Translations under genes and position numbers: made by a program
In this document: positions 36,051 to 49,399 of the stretch, piece by piece
How positions within the stretch are numbered: the first letter of the stretch is position 1
How the letters are laid out: each line of letters opens with the position of its first letter
From: Mytilus californianus
Taxonomy: Eukaryota
Assembly (NCBI RefSeq): GCF_021869535.1
Contig: NW_026262679.1
Span: 41,106,001 to 41,170,000 of the forward strand
DNA length: 64,000 bases
Direction of reading: 5' to 3'
The notes under the pieces: model-generated
The model's database searches: none
What the model was told of the DNA's origin: nothing
Seen by the model: the letters and a program-made list of their open reading frames with translations, nothing else

Positions 36051-36937
36051 TCTACATAAACTCTTACATGTAAGTTTTATGTACTTAAATGTTTTCATTA
36101 TTGTTATATTATATTTATTTCTTCCTTTTATTTTATTAAAATGCGAAATGTATTTGTTTTTCAAGTATTTTTTACAATTGTAAATATTTATTCAATTTCT
36201 CATGACCAATGATGAATGACGTTCAAAAATGTATTATCCTTTACTTAGAAAATTTTGTATTGACTGTGAATAATTGAGTTTATTATATCCTCACTACGAA
36301 TCCCCTTGCCCGTCCGTTCGTCAAAAAAATATTGTCTTCACACTTTTCTCATGTACTATTCTTCAACAAAATTAATTCAAATTTTGTCGTCAGCTTGTCA
36401 GTGATGAGTTGTAACGTGCATGCGCTTTCCGGATCTGTCAGACACCAACTTTCTGTTTGCCGGTACTTTGAATATTTCAATATGTTGAATTAACTTCATC
36501 ACATGATATTATTTATAAAGTCAACAAGTTAAGGAATTGTCCATCAAATCTTTTTTCCCCTTGATAGACCTATTCATAAAGGTTATAATTATACTGTTGT
36601 TGTTCAATCATTGAGTCTGGTATTTATCAATTTCTTTGAATTAACATCAATTCGCTTATCGATAGTTTGAAATATTGTTTCTTTTATTTTTCTGCATTGC
36701 AATTCGGTCTGGACATTCCATCAGGTCATCTGTTACTGTTTATGACGTTTACTTGTGAAATCTTCAGTGAAATACAGATAACGATGTTAAAGCGTAGGGT
36801 GGCATGATTTCACATCAGCCCGGTTATATACTTTTAGCTTGCTTTCACTAACTGCGAGCATTTTTTTATACGGTAAGATTAACTATTATACTGATATTTC
36901 AAGACTAAGTACTTTTCCTGCAGTGATTTTTATTATA

Positions 36938-37509
36938 CTAGAAAAAAACCCGCGCGAGCGCGGCTTGAAGACTACTTGAAATGTTTATGGTGATGCACAG
37001 CTTGGGTTTGTGTTTCTCAAACAGTTTTTATGCACTGATGCTTTATGTTGAGGAAATAACTCAGAGAAGAAGAAGACAATGTAGAACTCTCTGATGATTC
37101 AAAACATTTATTCAGTGGTGCGAGTTTGTAGTATTTTTTTTTCGAGTGGTTCGAGTTCTGTCTCTGTGTGACACGCGTGCTCCGAAAAGGAGGAATTTAC
37201 TAAGAGAAGAAGAAAACAATCTTTTCTTCGAGTTTGTTATATTTCTTTTTTTTTTTAGTGGTGCGAGTTTGATAAAGTGATGTAAGTTGTAATAATTAGT
37301 GAGAGTGTTTGAGTGGTGCGAGTTGGCGGTGGGCCGAGTTGTCGGGCGGTACGCGTCGACTGAGCATGCGCGAAAGCGTATAGGACACGGATCGATAACG
37401 GTCTCCCAATCTGGATATTTTCTCAAAAAATTGGCGTTTTCTGTGGAAAAAAGATTGTTTCAAAGACAAATTTAGGAAGTACAAAACACTACATTTATAC
37501 GTCATATCA

Positions 37510-37585
<76 letters not shown>
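36938..37585 (-). mobile_element. Non-autonomous Helitron, 648 bp
   Basis: Minus strand A|TCTATACTACTAAA 5' end; CCGCGCTCGCGCGGG hairpin followed by TTTTTTCTAG|T 3' end; inserted between A and T without TSD. Confidence 0.8.
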
Positions 37586-37586
<1 letters not shown>

Positions 37587-37964
37587 GTTCTTTTGCTAAC
37601 CTTTTGGTTAGTCCACTGGTTGACAGTAAAATATGAAAACAACACTTTATAATTGCATGCGCCCGAAGCAGATGGTCTATAAAATTTACTTTAACACCGC
37701 CACATGATAATTGGCATATCCCAAGCGAGGAATCTCGTCAGAACTTATCTTTTGTCATATCTTTATGTTTATGGCCATTTTGAGTCATTTGTTATTGACA
37801 ACAAATCTTTAAAAATCTCTGTTAAATAGTTTTTTTTTTGGCGATTTGGAGCTGGATATATTGTGTATAATGGAAGACCGTATGTTTACTTCTATAGATG
37901 TCTTTTGGTTTTTTAGTTGTTGTGTTTCTGTCTTATCAACTTATATCCCAACAATGCATATTAA

Positions 37965-38577
37965 GGTAGATAGGGTGTCTTCCTCCATCTTGGATTTTGA
38001 AATACCAGAAAATAATCGGTCTAGACCTTTAATAAAATGTGCAAATTTTGAGAGTAGTGGGTAATTCATGTGTAAGAATTTACATTTTAATATAGAAAAT
38101 GACATGTTTAATTATATTTATGGTTGTATTTTACAAAAAAACAGAATACTTTTGTTTGATTCAATTTTTTCCAACTTTGCCACATAAGGGGAGGCAACTC
38201 AAATGTAAGGGCAGATAATTCAAATATTGTTACTTTTACAATAGATTGTGTTAGGGATTTATCTATTTTATTATGTAGCAAGAAAACGGGCCCGGTGACC
38301 CCATTTTTTCTTTTTCTTATCTGAAAGTATAATATTAGAGCTATCTTCTCATATTTTATCTCAAAATTCTATGGTGCAGTTTTCGTTTTATAGCAGAAAA
38401 TTGCGTTTTCCATGCATAATCTATACAAAATCTGTCAATTTTGCACAACCTGTAGCGTGAAAATAAGCCCCGTGACCCATTCTTTTTATTATTTTTTCCA
38501 AAAAAGCATGATATAAACTACATTTTGGCAAATTATTAAAAAATTCTATGGATTATAATTTAGACACCCCATCTACC
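37965..38577. mobile_element. 613-bp MITE with TTAA TSD and GGTAGAT(A/G)GGGTGTCT TIRs (Kolobok-like termini)
   Basis: TTAA|GGTAGATAGGGTGTCT...AGACACCCCATCTACC|TTAA. Confidence 0.85.
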
Positions 38578-38872
38578 TTAACTTAATTTACCATTGTTAA
38601 ATTTTCTGATTTCACTCATACTTCGACCCACTTAATTATGAAAAAAATTATATTCATTTCGAACAGTTTGTTTTGTCGAGCTGCAACCAACCATTAATCT
38701 CGTTGGTATGGACGGGTTAACTTTTTACTTAAGAACAACAGATCATTTTGTTTACTTCCGTTTGTTCAAAAGTTAGGATAAATTCTTCATAATAAGTCAA
38801 CAGAAGTGTTATACAATTATTGGTTACTCTTATCTTTCGTTACCTATATCTATTGAACCACACTTATACAAA

Positions 38873-39125
38873 ATGTTGAAATTTCTCTTTATTCTAACGT
38901 CTTGTTGTATACCTCTTGGATTATTTGTGAATGCTATCCCACAAAGTCAAGGATGTTATAAGAATGGAAAATATTACCAAGAAGGATCAAATTTTCAGCC
39001 CAGACCATGTGAACACTGTAGCTGTAACCAAGGAAATGTTAGTTGTACCGTAGCTGATTGTTTGGTGACGCTTTGCGTTGATCCAATTAATGACCCAAAC
39101 AAGTGCTGTCCTATTTGTCCGAACG
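38873..39125 (+). CDS. Secreted single-VWC-domain protein, exon 1
   Basis: Signal peptide MLKFLFILTSCCIPLGLFVNA then GCYKNG...PCEHCSC...C...C...C...CCPICPN with VWC cysteine spacing; G|gtaagt donor, phase 1. Confidence 0.88.
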
Positions 39126-39758
39126 GTAAGTTTATACCTAAGGTGTGTCAACGTACATATGTTAGTGTAGTGCCTTGGCAGTTCAAACAAATCTATTAAC
39201 GTAAAAAATAGCATGGCAAGTAAGATAACTTTTAATTTAATTGAATGAATGAATGAAAATACAAAATTAGTTCCTGAAGTTTCAATAAATGTTCCCGTAT
39301 AATATATAATAAAGATGCGAACGGATTGTTTTCTTACTTCAAGACTTTTCTTTGTAATGTCCGAGACAAACTGACAACGCCATGTCAAAAAACACAAAAC
39401 GACCAATAGACAAACTTCATTCTGCAAAACACAACATGATCAACACGACCCCCACCATAAACCAGGAGCGATTGATGTGCTCCGGAAGGTAAACAGATCC
39501 TGCTCCACATGTGGCACCGACCGCGATGCTCATGCAAGTACAAACTTAGTGATAGGTTGATAAAAAACAGATTTTAATGCGGTTCAATACAGTAACATTG
39601 AGGGATTTCAGTTGGTTTAATTTACTTAATTTTCAATATATGACCAGTGCTTTGTAAAAAAATAGAAAAATACTTTTCATATAAATAGTTTTGTCAACAA
39701 ATTCTTAAGGATTCTTTAAACAATTAAGTTGTTGACTGATGTGTATCTTTAATTCCAG

Positions 39759-39931
39759 GACGTAATTGTTTGGCACGAGATAGAATTATACCAGCCGGTA
39801 GAAAAGTTTACCTGAATCAGCATACAGTCTGCCAGTGTCCGGACAGAATAACTCTCGACATGACAGTATTGGTGGCAACGTGTTATCAAACTGTCGACAG
39901 TCTTCCTATTCACAAGGTTGTTGGAAAATAA
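39759..39931 (+). CDS. Secreted single-VWC-domain protein, exon 2 (GRNCLARDRIIPAGRKVYLNQHTVCQCP...ATCYQ...GK*)
   Basis: ctttaattccag acceptor, phase 1, open to TAA at 39929-39931; four more cysteines. Confidence 0.8.
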
Positions 39932-40822
39932 GAATAAAAACTGAAGTTATAGGTCTTGGTAAATTTGTTTTATCAATAATTCTCACGACAGCTAATGGTT
40001 GCATATTGTATAACTGCTTTATTTGGTCATATTTAGTGGCAGTGTCATGTTGCCGCTCATGGCCTATTTTAGATTAGAACAATACATATTCATCTTTGTT
40101 GAGATTTTTTTTAAAGAATTCTAGCTTTTCTGTTTTACTTCGATCAGTGGAATAGCAAAGTGCACGTAAAAATAAGTTTATTAAAAATCAGTTCAGATAC
40201 TAAGTAAGCACTGTACTCTTATATCGGTATGACGGACAACAAAACGTGGGTACAGCTAAAACAATAATATATTATACCGTATAAAACAAACGTAGATCAA
40301 AGAGGGCCTGCTTCTTCTGAATTTAAATCACTAATAGGATCAGAATTCCAAAGTACACAAAACTTGCTTGAACTAGAATATAAACAACTCTATATAAATC
40401 AAACTGTTCCTACTTCCTTTGCTGTTTCATAATCTGAAGGTTTATTGGTATTCTATTTCCCTTTTTTTATTTATACATTTTCTAAAAAGCTCAAAATGCT
40501 GTGATAAGTTATAGGGGATATACAATTATCATAATCATAGCATTTAGACAAGATGCATATTTTCATCAAAGTGTTGACAAAACTCGAAATCGAATGTTCA
40601 ACTCCAATTGGTGCAAGAAACCGTCTTAAACTAGCATTAAGCACTGTGAATTTTAGATGGAGGACAGCAATAACAACGTTTTTGTTTTCTTTTTTTTTTT
40701 GTCAATAAAGTGGTTGTAAGGATTTTGTATAATGAATTAATGACCATATATCTTCTTTTCTATCAAAGAATATTCTGATTGAAATAGCCTATAAAAATGA
40801 AAACAACACTTTATAAATTTCA

Positions 40823-41210
40823 TGCGTCCGAAGCGCTTTTCTAGATTAACTGCATCAGGAACGCACAAAGCCGAATGTTTGAAAGCCGAGGATTTATAAG
40901 AATCGATACAGCTGAAGAGCTATATGACCACAAAGGATCTGAAGATAATTACAAATCCATCTAGATGTAAGTCAACTTTGCCAGAGGTAGTTGAAACCGT
41001 AGTTTCTTAATAATTTATAAATTTATAAACGGACAATTTAAGAACGATTTGTTGTAAATCATTTCAGTATCGAAGCGCTGACTACTGAGCTGATGATACC
41101 ATTGGGACTGATAGCCCACCAGCAGCGGTATCGACCCAGTGCTGTAAAAAAAATTTAAAACACTTTGCGTCCGAATCACTTTTCTTTATTTACCTTCATC
41201 AGGAACGCTC
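40823..41210 (-). mobile_element. Retrozyme-like monomer: two direct hammerhead motifs 343 nt apart
   Basis: TGCGTCCG...CATCAGGAACGC at 40823-40864 and 41166-41208, same family as the foldback hammerheads; non-coding interior; both motifs carry mutations. Confidence 0.7.
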
Positions 41211-41449
41211 AAACTTAACTATAACTATAATACTTTTAAACAAACTCTTTTCATTAAAATTTGACATTAGACAAAACAAAACATAGATATGATTAAAATG
41301 CTGAATGTACTGATTTATGGAAAACGGATAATTGGTGTCAATAAAATTAAGTTTTAGACAATTGTCTAAATCTCTGACATTTTACATCTAGGTAATCGTA
41401 TTTATAAACAGTTTCTTCTGGTGAACATAGAAGTGATAGCATATATATA

Positions 41450-42850
41450 TGTACACTTTGTGTATAAACTGTTTGAAACATGACACTATATAATTCAGAC
41501 TTCCTACTTGGTTGACGTATAGATAAAGCATTGCTGTTAGAATCATGACACTATATAGTGAAGCCTATACTTGGTTGACGTAAATGTACACTTTGTGTGC
41601 ACGGTTGTGCTTCTAGAAATGACATTGCAGTTTGAAACATGTCACTATACAGTGAAGATTCTACACTTGTATACCTTGTGTGCACGGTTTTGAAGGTAAA
41701 CTTGATATTGTTGTTTGAATCATGATTATACAGTGAAGACAGAATCGTGACACTATATATGTAAGACTTCCTACTTGGTTGACATATAGACTTGGCATTG
41801 CTGTTAGAATCATGACACAAATAGTGAAGTCTCCGTACTTGGTTGACGTATATAGATATAGGAAGATGTGGTATGAGTGCCAATGAGACAACTCTCCATC
41901 CAAGTTACAATTTATAAAAGTAAACCATCATAGGTCAAGGTACGGCCTTCAACACGGAGCATTGGCTCACACCGAACAGCAAGCTATAAAGGGCCCCAAA
42001 AAATTACTAGTGTAAAACCATTCAAACAGAAAAACCAACGGTCTAATGTATATAAAAACGAGAATCGAGAAACACGTATGAACTACATAAACAGACGACA
42101 ACTACTGTAATCAGATTCCTGACTTAGGACAGGTGCAAACATTTGCAGCGGGATTAAACGTTTTAATGGTACCAAACCTTCTCTATAAAATATCAATTGG
42201 AAGGTTTAACTCAATCAAAAAACGTAAATTAACACACAATGAACGAATAAATTTGACCTGTGACACCTGAATGCAAATACACAGTTAATAAAAAATTACA
42301 AGGGATAAATAATTAAAGTCAAAAGTAAATAATCAGGTATAAACAAAAGTTAAAGTATGATATCACTGAAAAATGTCAAACAATTTTTAGAAAATCATCA
42401 CTTTTGAAGAAACCTGCGTCATATTATACACAGGTAAATGAAAATAATTTTGTTGTTAAGTATACTTCTTCTTCTGTGTGTATAAAATCTTCCGTTTAGG
42501 AATACCAAGAAATTTCTTTAATATCAATAAAACTAATCTAACACTTGGTACATATGGGGTGAATATCAACAATAAAACTATACAATTAGTGCTAGATAAA
42601 ACAGCATCTAAGGAAAAATGAAATAATGTTGATGTTATATGTACACTTTGTGTGCACGGTTGTGACATAGACTTGACATTGTTGTTAGAATCATGACACT
42701 ATAGAGTGAAAACTTTATACTTGGTTGACGTAAATGTGCACTTTGCGTGAACGGTTGTGCATATAGACTTGACATTGTTGTTAGAATCATGACAATATAT
42801 AGTGAAGACTCTATACTTGGTTTACAAAAAATGTACACTTTGTGTGCACA
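41450..42850. repeat. Degenerate minisatellite (about 60-95-bp units) split by a ~785-bp interspersed-repeat insertion (about 41852-42636)
   Basis: Recurrent TGTACACTTTGTGTGCACGG, TTAGAATCATGACAC and TACTTGGTTGACG motifs on both sides of the insert. Confidence 0.8.
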
Positions 42851-43290
42851 TGTGTATATATAAAATCTGATTGCACGTTTCAATTTCATAATTCATTCGT
42901 ATTTTGACAAATATTCAGAAGATTTGTCTTGTAATTGTTATGAGTAAGGACCGAGAATATAATCATTTTTACAATTAAAAATGTGTAGCATTTTTCCTCA
43001 CTATTTTCCCCATTATACGGGTTTCTGTATTTCAAAAACACCGTTGGGAAATTTGCTTAGTTATTTCAAATTTCTAATAAACTTATCGCACTTTAACCCG
43101 CAATGAACTCTTTATCAAACATTAGCTAATTCAGCCAATTTGTAGATTACAATTAATATTTATATCCGATGAAACTGTTTAATGGAACACAAAGATAATA
43201 TCAAGAGAACTTTACTGTGGATCACGTTCAACTGATAAGACTTTACGAACTCCAAAAATACATAGACGAAAATCGAAACCTATCGAAAAC

Positions 43291-43549
43291 ATGATGAACT
43301 TCCTATTACTCAGTGTTCATATTCTTCCACTTGTTGATTGTGTCGATCCTTAACCGTCCATATCCGTATTGTCTGGATGCAGTAAGGATGGTAAATTGTA
43401 CAAAGAAGGCGAATCTTTCCAGCCCACACCGTGCGAGCATTGCTTCTGTAATGGAGGCAAAGTATTATGTGCGATTACAGACTGTTTCATGCCAATGTGC
43501 GTGGACGCTGTTCGGGATCCCACATAATGTTGCTCTGTTTGTCCAAATG
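43291..43549 (+). pseudogene. VWC-domain paralogue with two in-frame TAA stops
   Basis: MMNFLLLSVHILPLVDCVDP*PSISVLSGCSKDG...PCEHCFC...DPT*CCSVCPN G|gtaagt; stops at 43351-43353 and 43525-43527; exon 2 not found. Confidence 0.85.
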
Positions 43550-46199
43550 GTAAGTTATAAACATCATATTACATCTGCATATGCATTTCTTTCCTTTTAC
43601 AATATACCCATCACCTTAGCCTTTATTCGAATCTGTATCGAAAATTTTCTCACGGAGTAAAAAAGAGGCTGGAGATACCAAGAGGACATTCAAATCTCAC
43701 AAGTCAAAGAAAAACTGACAACGTCATGGCAAAAACGAAAAACGACAAAAAGACGGACAAATCCATGAAGCACGACATAGAAAATTAAAGATTGAGTAGC
43801 ACAAACCCCACCAAAAACCGGGGTGAACTCATGTGTTCCTGTAGGGTAAGCAGTTCTTGCGCCAGATGTGCACCCGTCGTGTTACTCGTGCAAGTACAAA
43901 TCCGGGAGATCTGTTTTAACTATCTGGGAATCTGATCAAAAGAAAAAAAAAGAGTTTTAATTTTTTGTTCCAGCTTTCCTTTAATGCAAAAGACATGAAC
44001 TTCTACCAAACCGGTTTAAACATTAGGGCTAAATAACATTTTTATATTTAGATACTTGTAGAAATGTGGGGGAAAAAACCTTTAATATTCAAACTTCATT
44101 TTGTTCTATCATTTTGCTATATTGACATTTGCCTTTCGAATTTTAACCATAAGAATACTTAAATCAGTAAAAAAGTGATTATTGAAGTCATATATACAAC
44201 AGTTTTAAGATAATAATTAGGTTATAGGGGATGATTACTTGAGGAATGAGATACTTTAGCTCCAATGTAATGAAAATTACTTGATAGAAATTTATTTGAA
44301 CACTTTTAAAGTAATTTTTACATTTTGGAAAGAGTAATATTGATATTGACTATATAATGGGTTTACGCAGCATCAACTATTTTGTTAGCGTACTTGATCG
44401 TTACCCTTGGCTAACGAAGATGCACTTCTGTACAAATAACGTGTCCTTTTATTCATTTCACTGTTTTTACTTTTTATCAAAGCACGTATGGGACTTATTT
44501 AACGAATTTACACAATAGGATTGCAGAACTGTAGTTATACATACGTCTTATTTACTTATTGCTCAGCTACTGCAATGAAAATTTAAGAACAACAAGATTA
44601 TGTGCGTATTATGTCAATAAATAAAGCACATTACTATTTATTTAGATAAATGCTATATTTCATTAGACCGAGCTTTTTTTATAAAATCACAGATGTTAAT
44701 GGCATGCATGCTTTTTGAATAAAAACAGTTATGTTCCCTTAGTGCGTTATTCGACTGGTTTTATTGATTTTCCGTGCTCTTTTGGTTAAAATTGTAAGGA
44801 CTACACAATCACAAATGAATGATATTGTTTCTTGAATTGATTACTATTTCACAGTAGATTTCTCTAGCAAAGCCGAACCAGCTAAGTTGTTGAATTAACT
44901 CTTGAATAGTGCACAACTCTTTAGAGGTGAATATTTTGAATTTTTGCATTTCTCAACTGATAATGTTCAGAATGCAAAAGAAACACTGAACGTTTATCGT
45001 TCTTTCTTTCCTTTTTTATTTTTTGTCCCTTTCAGGCAAATTTTAGGAAAGAATCAAGAAGCAAAAAACTCATCTAGAAATTATTAATGTCAAACTTGTT
45101 AAGAATTCCAGAATAGATAAACATGATTCTAATGAACGCCATGACATTGACATTTTGTCTTATTTTCGTACCTTGCCAACAAAACAAGGAGGGAAAAAAT
45201 CTTTTTTATAGAGGATTTCTCAAAGAAAAGTTACACAAAACGAACAATTATTTGCCTTCAGTAAGTTCCATGGAGGAGCTCGCATGTGACATTTCCAGTC
45301 AGTGGGCTTCAATAACTCTGGACAAGTTACTCTTTCTGACGGTGAAAAACGGTTTAATATTAGAATTGTCATAGTTCCAGTTTTTAAAGAATTCCAAGAG
45401 ACAATTGTATCCAAAGAAGATACAAAGGCATATTTCTATTTAAGGAGAGGTAGATACTTTGTTAAAAAGTTGTGCTTTATAGCCAGTACTGAAAGGGATA
45501 GAAAATCAAGGATATTATAGCTCAATATTCATCGTATCAAAACGACGGAGAACAAGTCTAAATTTAAAACCAGAAAATCGTCCCTCTACACTTCAAAGAG
45601 AAAATTCTATGGTCTATTCTATAATAGTTTTCACAAGCATTACAGACAGTTCCTCGGCTTCAGCGTTTTAGGGGGAAATTATTTTAAAAAAACAGAGCTC
45701 TGCCGTTTGGACTCTGATCAGTTCCAAGAACATTTATGAAAGTAATGAAATTAGAAGGTGCGTTTCCAAGAAAACAAATATTTTATATGTTCATGTATCT
45801 AAACAACTTGATGTCAAAGTTATGCTGACAAAACAATTATTACACACAAGAATCATTAACATTACGTGTGAAAAAATCATGTTTGATCCAAGCTCAAACT
45901 ATAAAGTATTTATGAGCAGTTATTCACTGAAAAAAAAATATAACAAAAATTAAATGTATAAATTGAAGATATATTCAAAAAGGGGAAGTCCAAAAAAACT
46001 GGCAAAATTAAACTTTATCAATCAACGGAACGAGTGAAAAACAATTGTCTTATTCCTGACTTGGTACAGTACAGGGATTTTTCGAAGAAAGATGGCATTG
46101 TTTTTCCGTCAGATTAGAGTTTCAAAAATAAAAAACCAGATGATTTACATAACTATACGTTCATCAAAAGAAGAGGCACATTCAAAGTTGAGACCACTT

Positions 46200-46850
46200 T
46201 GTCTGAATACATGCATATAAATAAAGGCAACAGTAGTATATCGCTGTTCGAAATTCATAAATCGATTGAGAAAAAAACAAATCCGGGTTACAAACTAAAA
46301 CTGGGGGAAACACATCAAATAAAAGAGGAGTACTACGACACAACAGAAACACAACATTAAAATGTAACACACACAGAAACGAACTATAATATAACAATGG
46401 CCATTTTCCTGACTTGGTACAGGACATTTAAGAAAAAAATGGTGGGTTGAACCTGGTTTTGTGGCTAGCCAAACCTCGCATTTTTATGGCAATATTAAAT
46501 ATAACACTAAAATTACACTTGTACATGACATGAATACAGTACAACATTACGGACAGAGAATTACGCAAATAAACAATACAATATAGTACATTTGGACAAC
46601 GAAACAACAGAAACATTAACGTGAACAAACAACAAACGACAATGCAACACACACAGAAACAAAATATACGATAACAATTGCCATTTTCCTGACTTGGTAC
46701 AGGACATTTTTAAGAAAAAAATGGTGGGTTGAACCTGGTTTTGTGGCTAGCCAAACCTCCCGCTTTATGGCAATGTTAAATATAACATTAAAATGAAACA
46801 TAACATGACAGGACTACAATACAAATAAATTGGAGAACATATAGGACAGA
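46200..46850 (+). repeat. Interspersed repeat with internal ~285-bp direct duplication
   Basis: CCATTTTCCTGACTTGGTACAGGACATTT...GGTGGGTTGAACCTGGTTTTGTGGCTAGCCAAACCTC occurs at about 46400 and 46683. Confidence 0.8.
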
Positions 46851-46869
46851 GAAACATACGAATAATAGC

Positions 46870-47160
46870 TAACAAAAGCTTCCAGGTTTAAAATTTAATA
46901 CGTAAGACCTGCGTTTTGTCCACACAAGACAAACCAGTGACGCTCAGATAAAAAAAGTACGAAAGCCAAAACAAGTACAAAGTTGAAGAGCACTGAGGAC
47001 CAAAAGTTCCAAAAGGTTGTGCCAAATACGGCAAAGGTTATATGTCTGGGATAAGAAAATCCTTAGTATTTAGAATAATTCATACTTTTGAAAACAGTAA
47101 ATTTATAAAAATGACTATATAATAGATATACATGATAACACCGAAGTGGTGACTAACTAC
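46870..47160 (-). mobile_element. Decayed retrozyme-like repeat of the GUC/GAC hammerhead family
   Basis: Minus strand GAGCGTCA CTGGTTT GTC TTGTGTG GAC AAAA CGCAGGTC; same layout as 20250-20297 but the core is destroyed. Confidence 0.45.
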
Positions 47161-49399
47161 AGAATAAAAACGGATACATAAAACAACATAAACCAGCACA
47201 TAAAAATTCACAGCCGAGTAAGCCAAAGAGATCAACGCTAAAAAAAGGTGACGTCACATTTGAATTTCTGAAATTTCCCCAAAATAGGATAGAATTAGGA
47301 TAGAATTCAAGATGTATCTGGTTATATGGGCCCGGCTGCATATGAGACCACTTCAGGTTTACCTCCAACCTTGGTGGTAACCAGCACAACATGGTTTAAA
47401 TCACAAAATATCATTGTGCCAGCCACTTCAAAAACATCTGGTGTGGTTGTTAAACCAGAAACAATCTTCAAATGACTAATGACAGATGTCGGTTTGGGGA
47501 GCACATATAAAGGTTTCCAGATAGCAGAAGTTTGGCTAGTACAAATATCAAATACAACAAGTGGTTCAAACTGAAAGCTTTGCAATTAGCACTTCAAACC
47601 TTTATATCGCAAATAATATGCAAGATTGTTTTAGTGAGAACAGACTATGAAACAATTGTCAGATTTCAAGCAATTCACATTTAAGGTAAAAAGAATGTCA
47701 CAACAGATGCTCTGTACAGGGGGAAGGTTTCAATGCGGTTAACAGAATGGTCTAAGATATGAAAATAGCAAAATTGTTATTTCATCAGTTGGTCCTCTTT
47801 TCGTCGAATGTGACCTACCGAATAAGACTTATCACAGGGTTTGTTCTTTGTTGTGCAACACGACGGGTGCCACATGTTTAGCAGGATCTGCTTACCCTTC
47901 TGGAGCCCATGATATAGCCCCCGGCATACTAAATTTGCCTGACAGGGACAAAGGAAGAACAATAAACGTTCAGTGTTTCTTTAGCATCCCGAACATTTTC
48001 CGCTGAGAATGCAAAGCTTCAAAATATTTATCACCAAACAGTTGTCAACTATTGAAGGGTAAATTCGACAACCTGCCTGGTTTGGTTTTGTTACTGAAAT
48101 ATTCCGTGTAATAAATATTTTGTCTTCAGGTCATAACAGAATTAACAATCATATTTAAAGCCATGTCTTCCTTAGATTCAAACATGCAACCAAAACTGGA
48201 CATGCTTCTACTCTATCTTCTTCAGATTCCACTTCATCGATAAAGGTAGCTCTTTTCAACAAAGTTGTAGCTAGGGAATAAGAAATCTTTTAACGGTCTG
48301 CAAAGTTTTTTGTCTTACTGTCCATATCTCAAGCGCACTGGTCTTTTCTTCGGTCTACTAAACATAACTTGCTTTCTACATGAATTTCTTAAAATGGTAA
48401 ATTCAATTGCGTTGCCTTGTCTTGATCACAATGATTTAGACGTGAAAATAAATATGAAGTTCGTTCTTCATCTTTTCCCGCCTCATCTGAACAATAAATG
48501 TTTAACTTGTCTGCCAATTAATGTAGACATTTATTCCACTGAATTGGATCAGTTGATCCTGGTGCACCTTCACTTTAAAGACAAAACTCATGACTTGGTT
48601 GGCTATGAGTTTCATTGTTGTTGTCATCCAAATTTATTAAAACAATCAGACTTATTTTAGTATCTTGTGATCTTACAGAGATCTGATCACCAGTGGGTAC
48701 AAACTTACTGCAATGAGCTTTTGGCCTTGAAAAAGAATGACTATTGGAATTTATATAATTCGAGAAGCATGAAACTATCTATGTGAGAAACTATTGAGTT
48801 TTGCTCCAACTGAATCTCACTAATGCCCTGTGGTAACAACTAATTAAGTTGAATTGGAACTTGTTCAGCAATGAATACAACTGTTTCGTACTGCGCAACG
48901 GGTGTATCATTCTGCGTGTCCTCTGCACAGTGTTTCCTTTGAATTTTGTTTGCCGACAAAGTCGAAGTATCTGTTAGATGCTAATGCACTCAGCATTTTT
49001 ACGACGTATTCTTTTTCATGCCTACCTCTTGTACAGAAAGTTTTGCGGCTAAGGAAAAATTAATTCGAACATTATCAAACATTATTTCCACCACGGAACA
49101 TCTATCATCATCTCTATCCTGGCAAATGTCACATGGAAATCCTTTGTGAGATTTGATGCCAAGAACATTCATCGTGATTGCCTTTCACATTCATACATGC
49201 ACTACATTTTTCTAAGAGTCAAATGTGTGTTCTTTTCTCAAACTTTCGTCCCGTGACGTCGCGAAACTCAAAGCTGTGTCTCTTTGTTTTTGCAATTTGT
49301 GTCCTTTATAAAGTAGACTTATATGAACTATTTAACCCAAAGCTGTGTCATTTGGCGTCAATCAACAGCGCACCATTGATCCCTTCATTTATCATTTTC

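Noticed and set aside
45123-45520. Cluster of 60-83-aa ORFs in several frames
   Set aside because: No motif recognised and no consistent exon structure; noted only as part of the decayed region.
47153-47585. Minus-strand ORFs of 79 and 87 aa
   Set aside because: Coding-like composition but unassignable and without clear splice signals.
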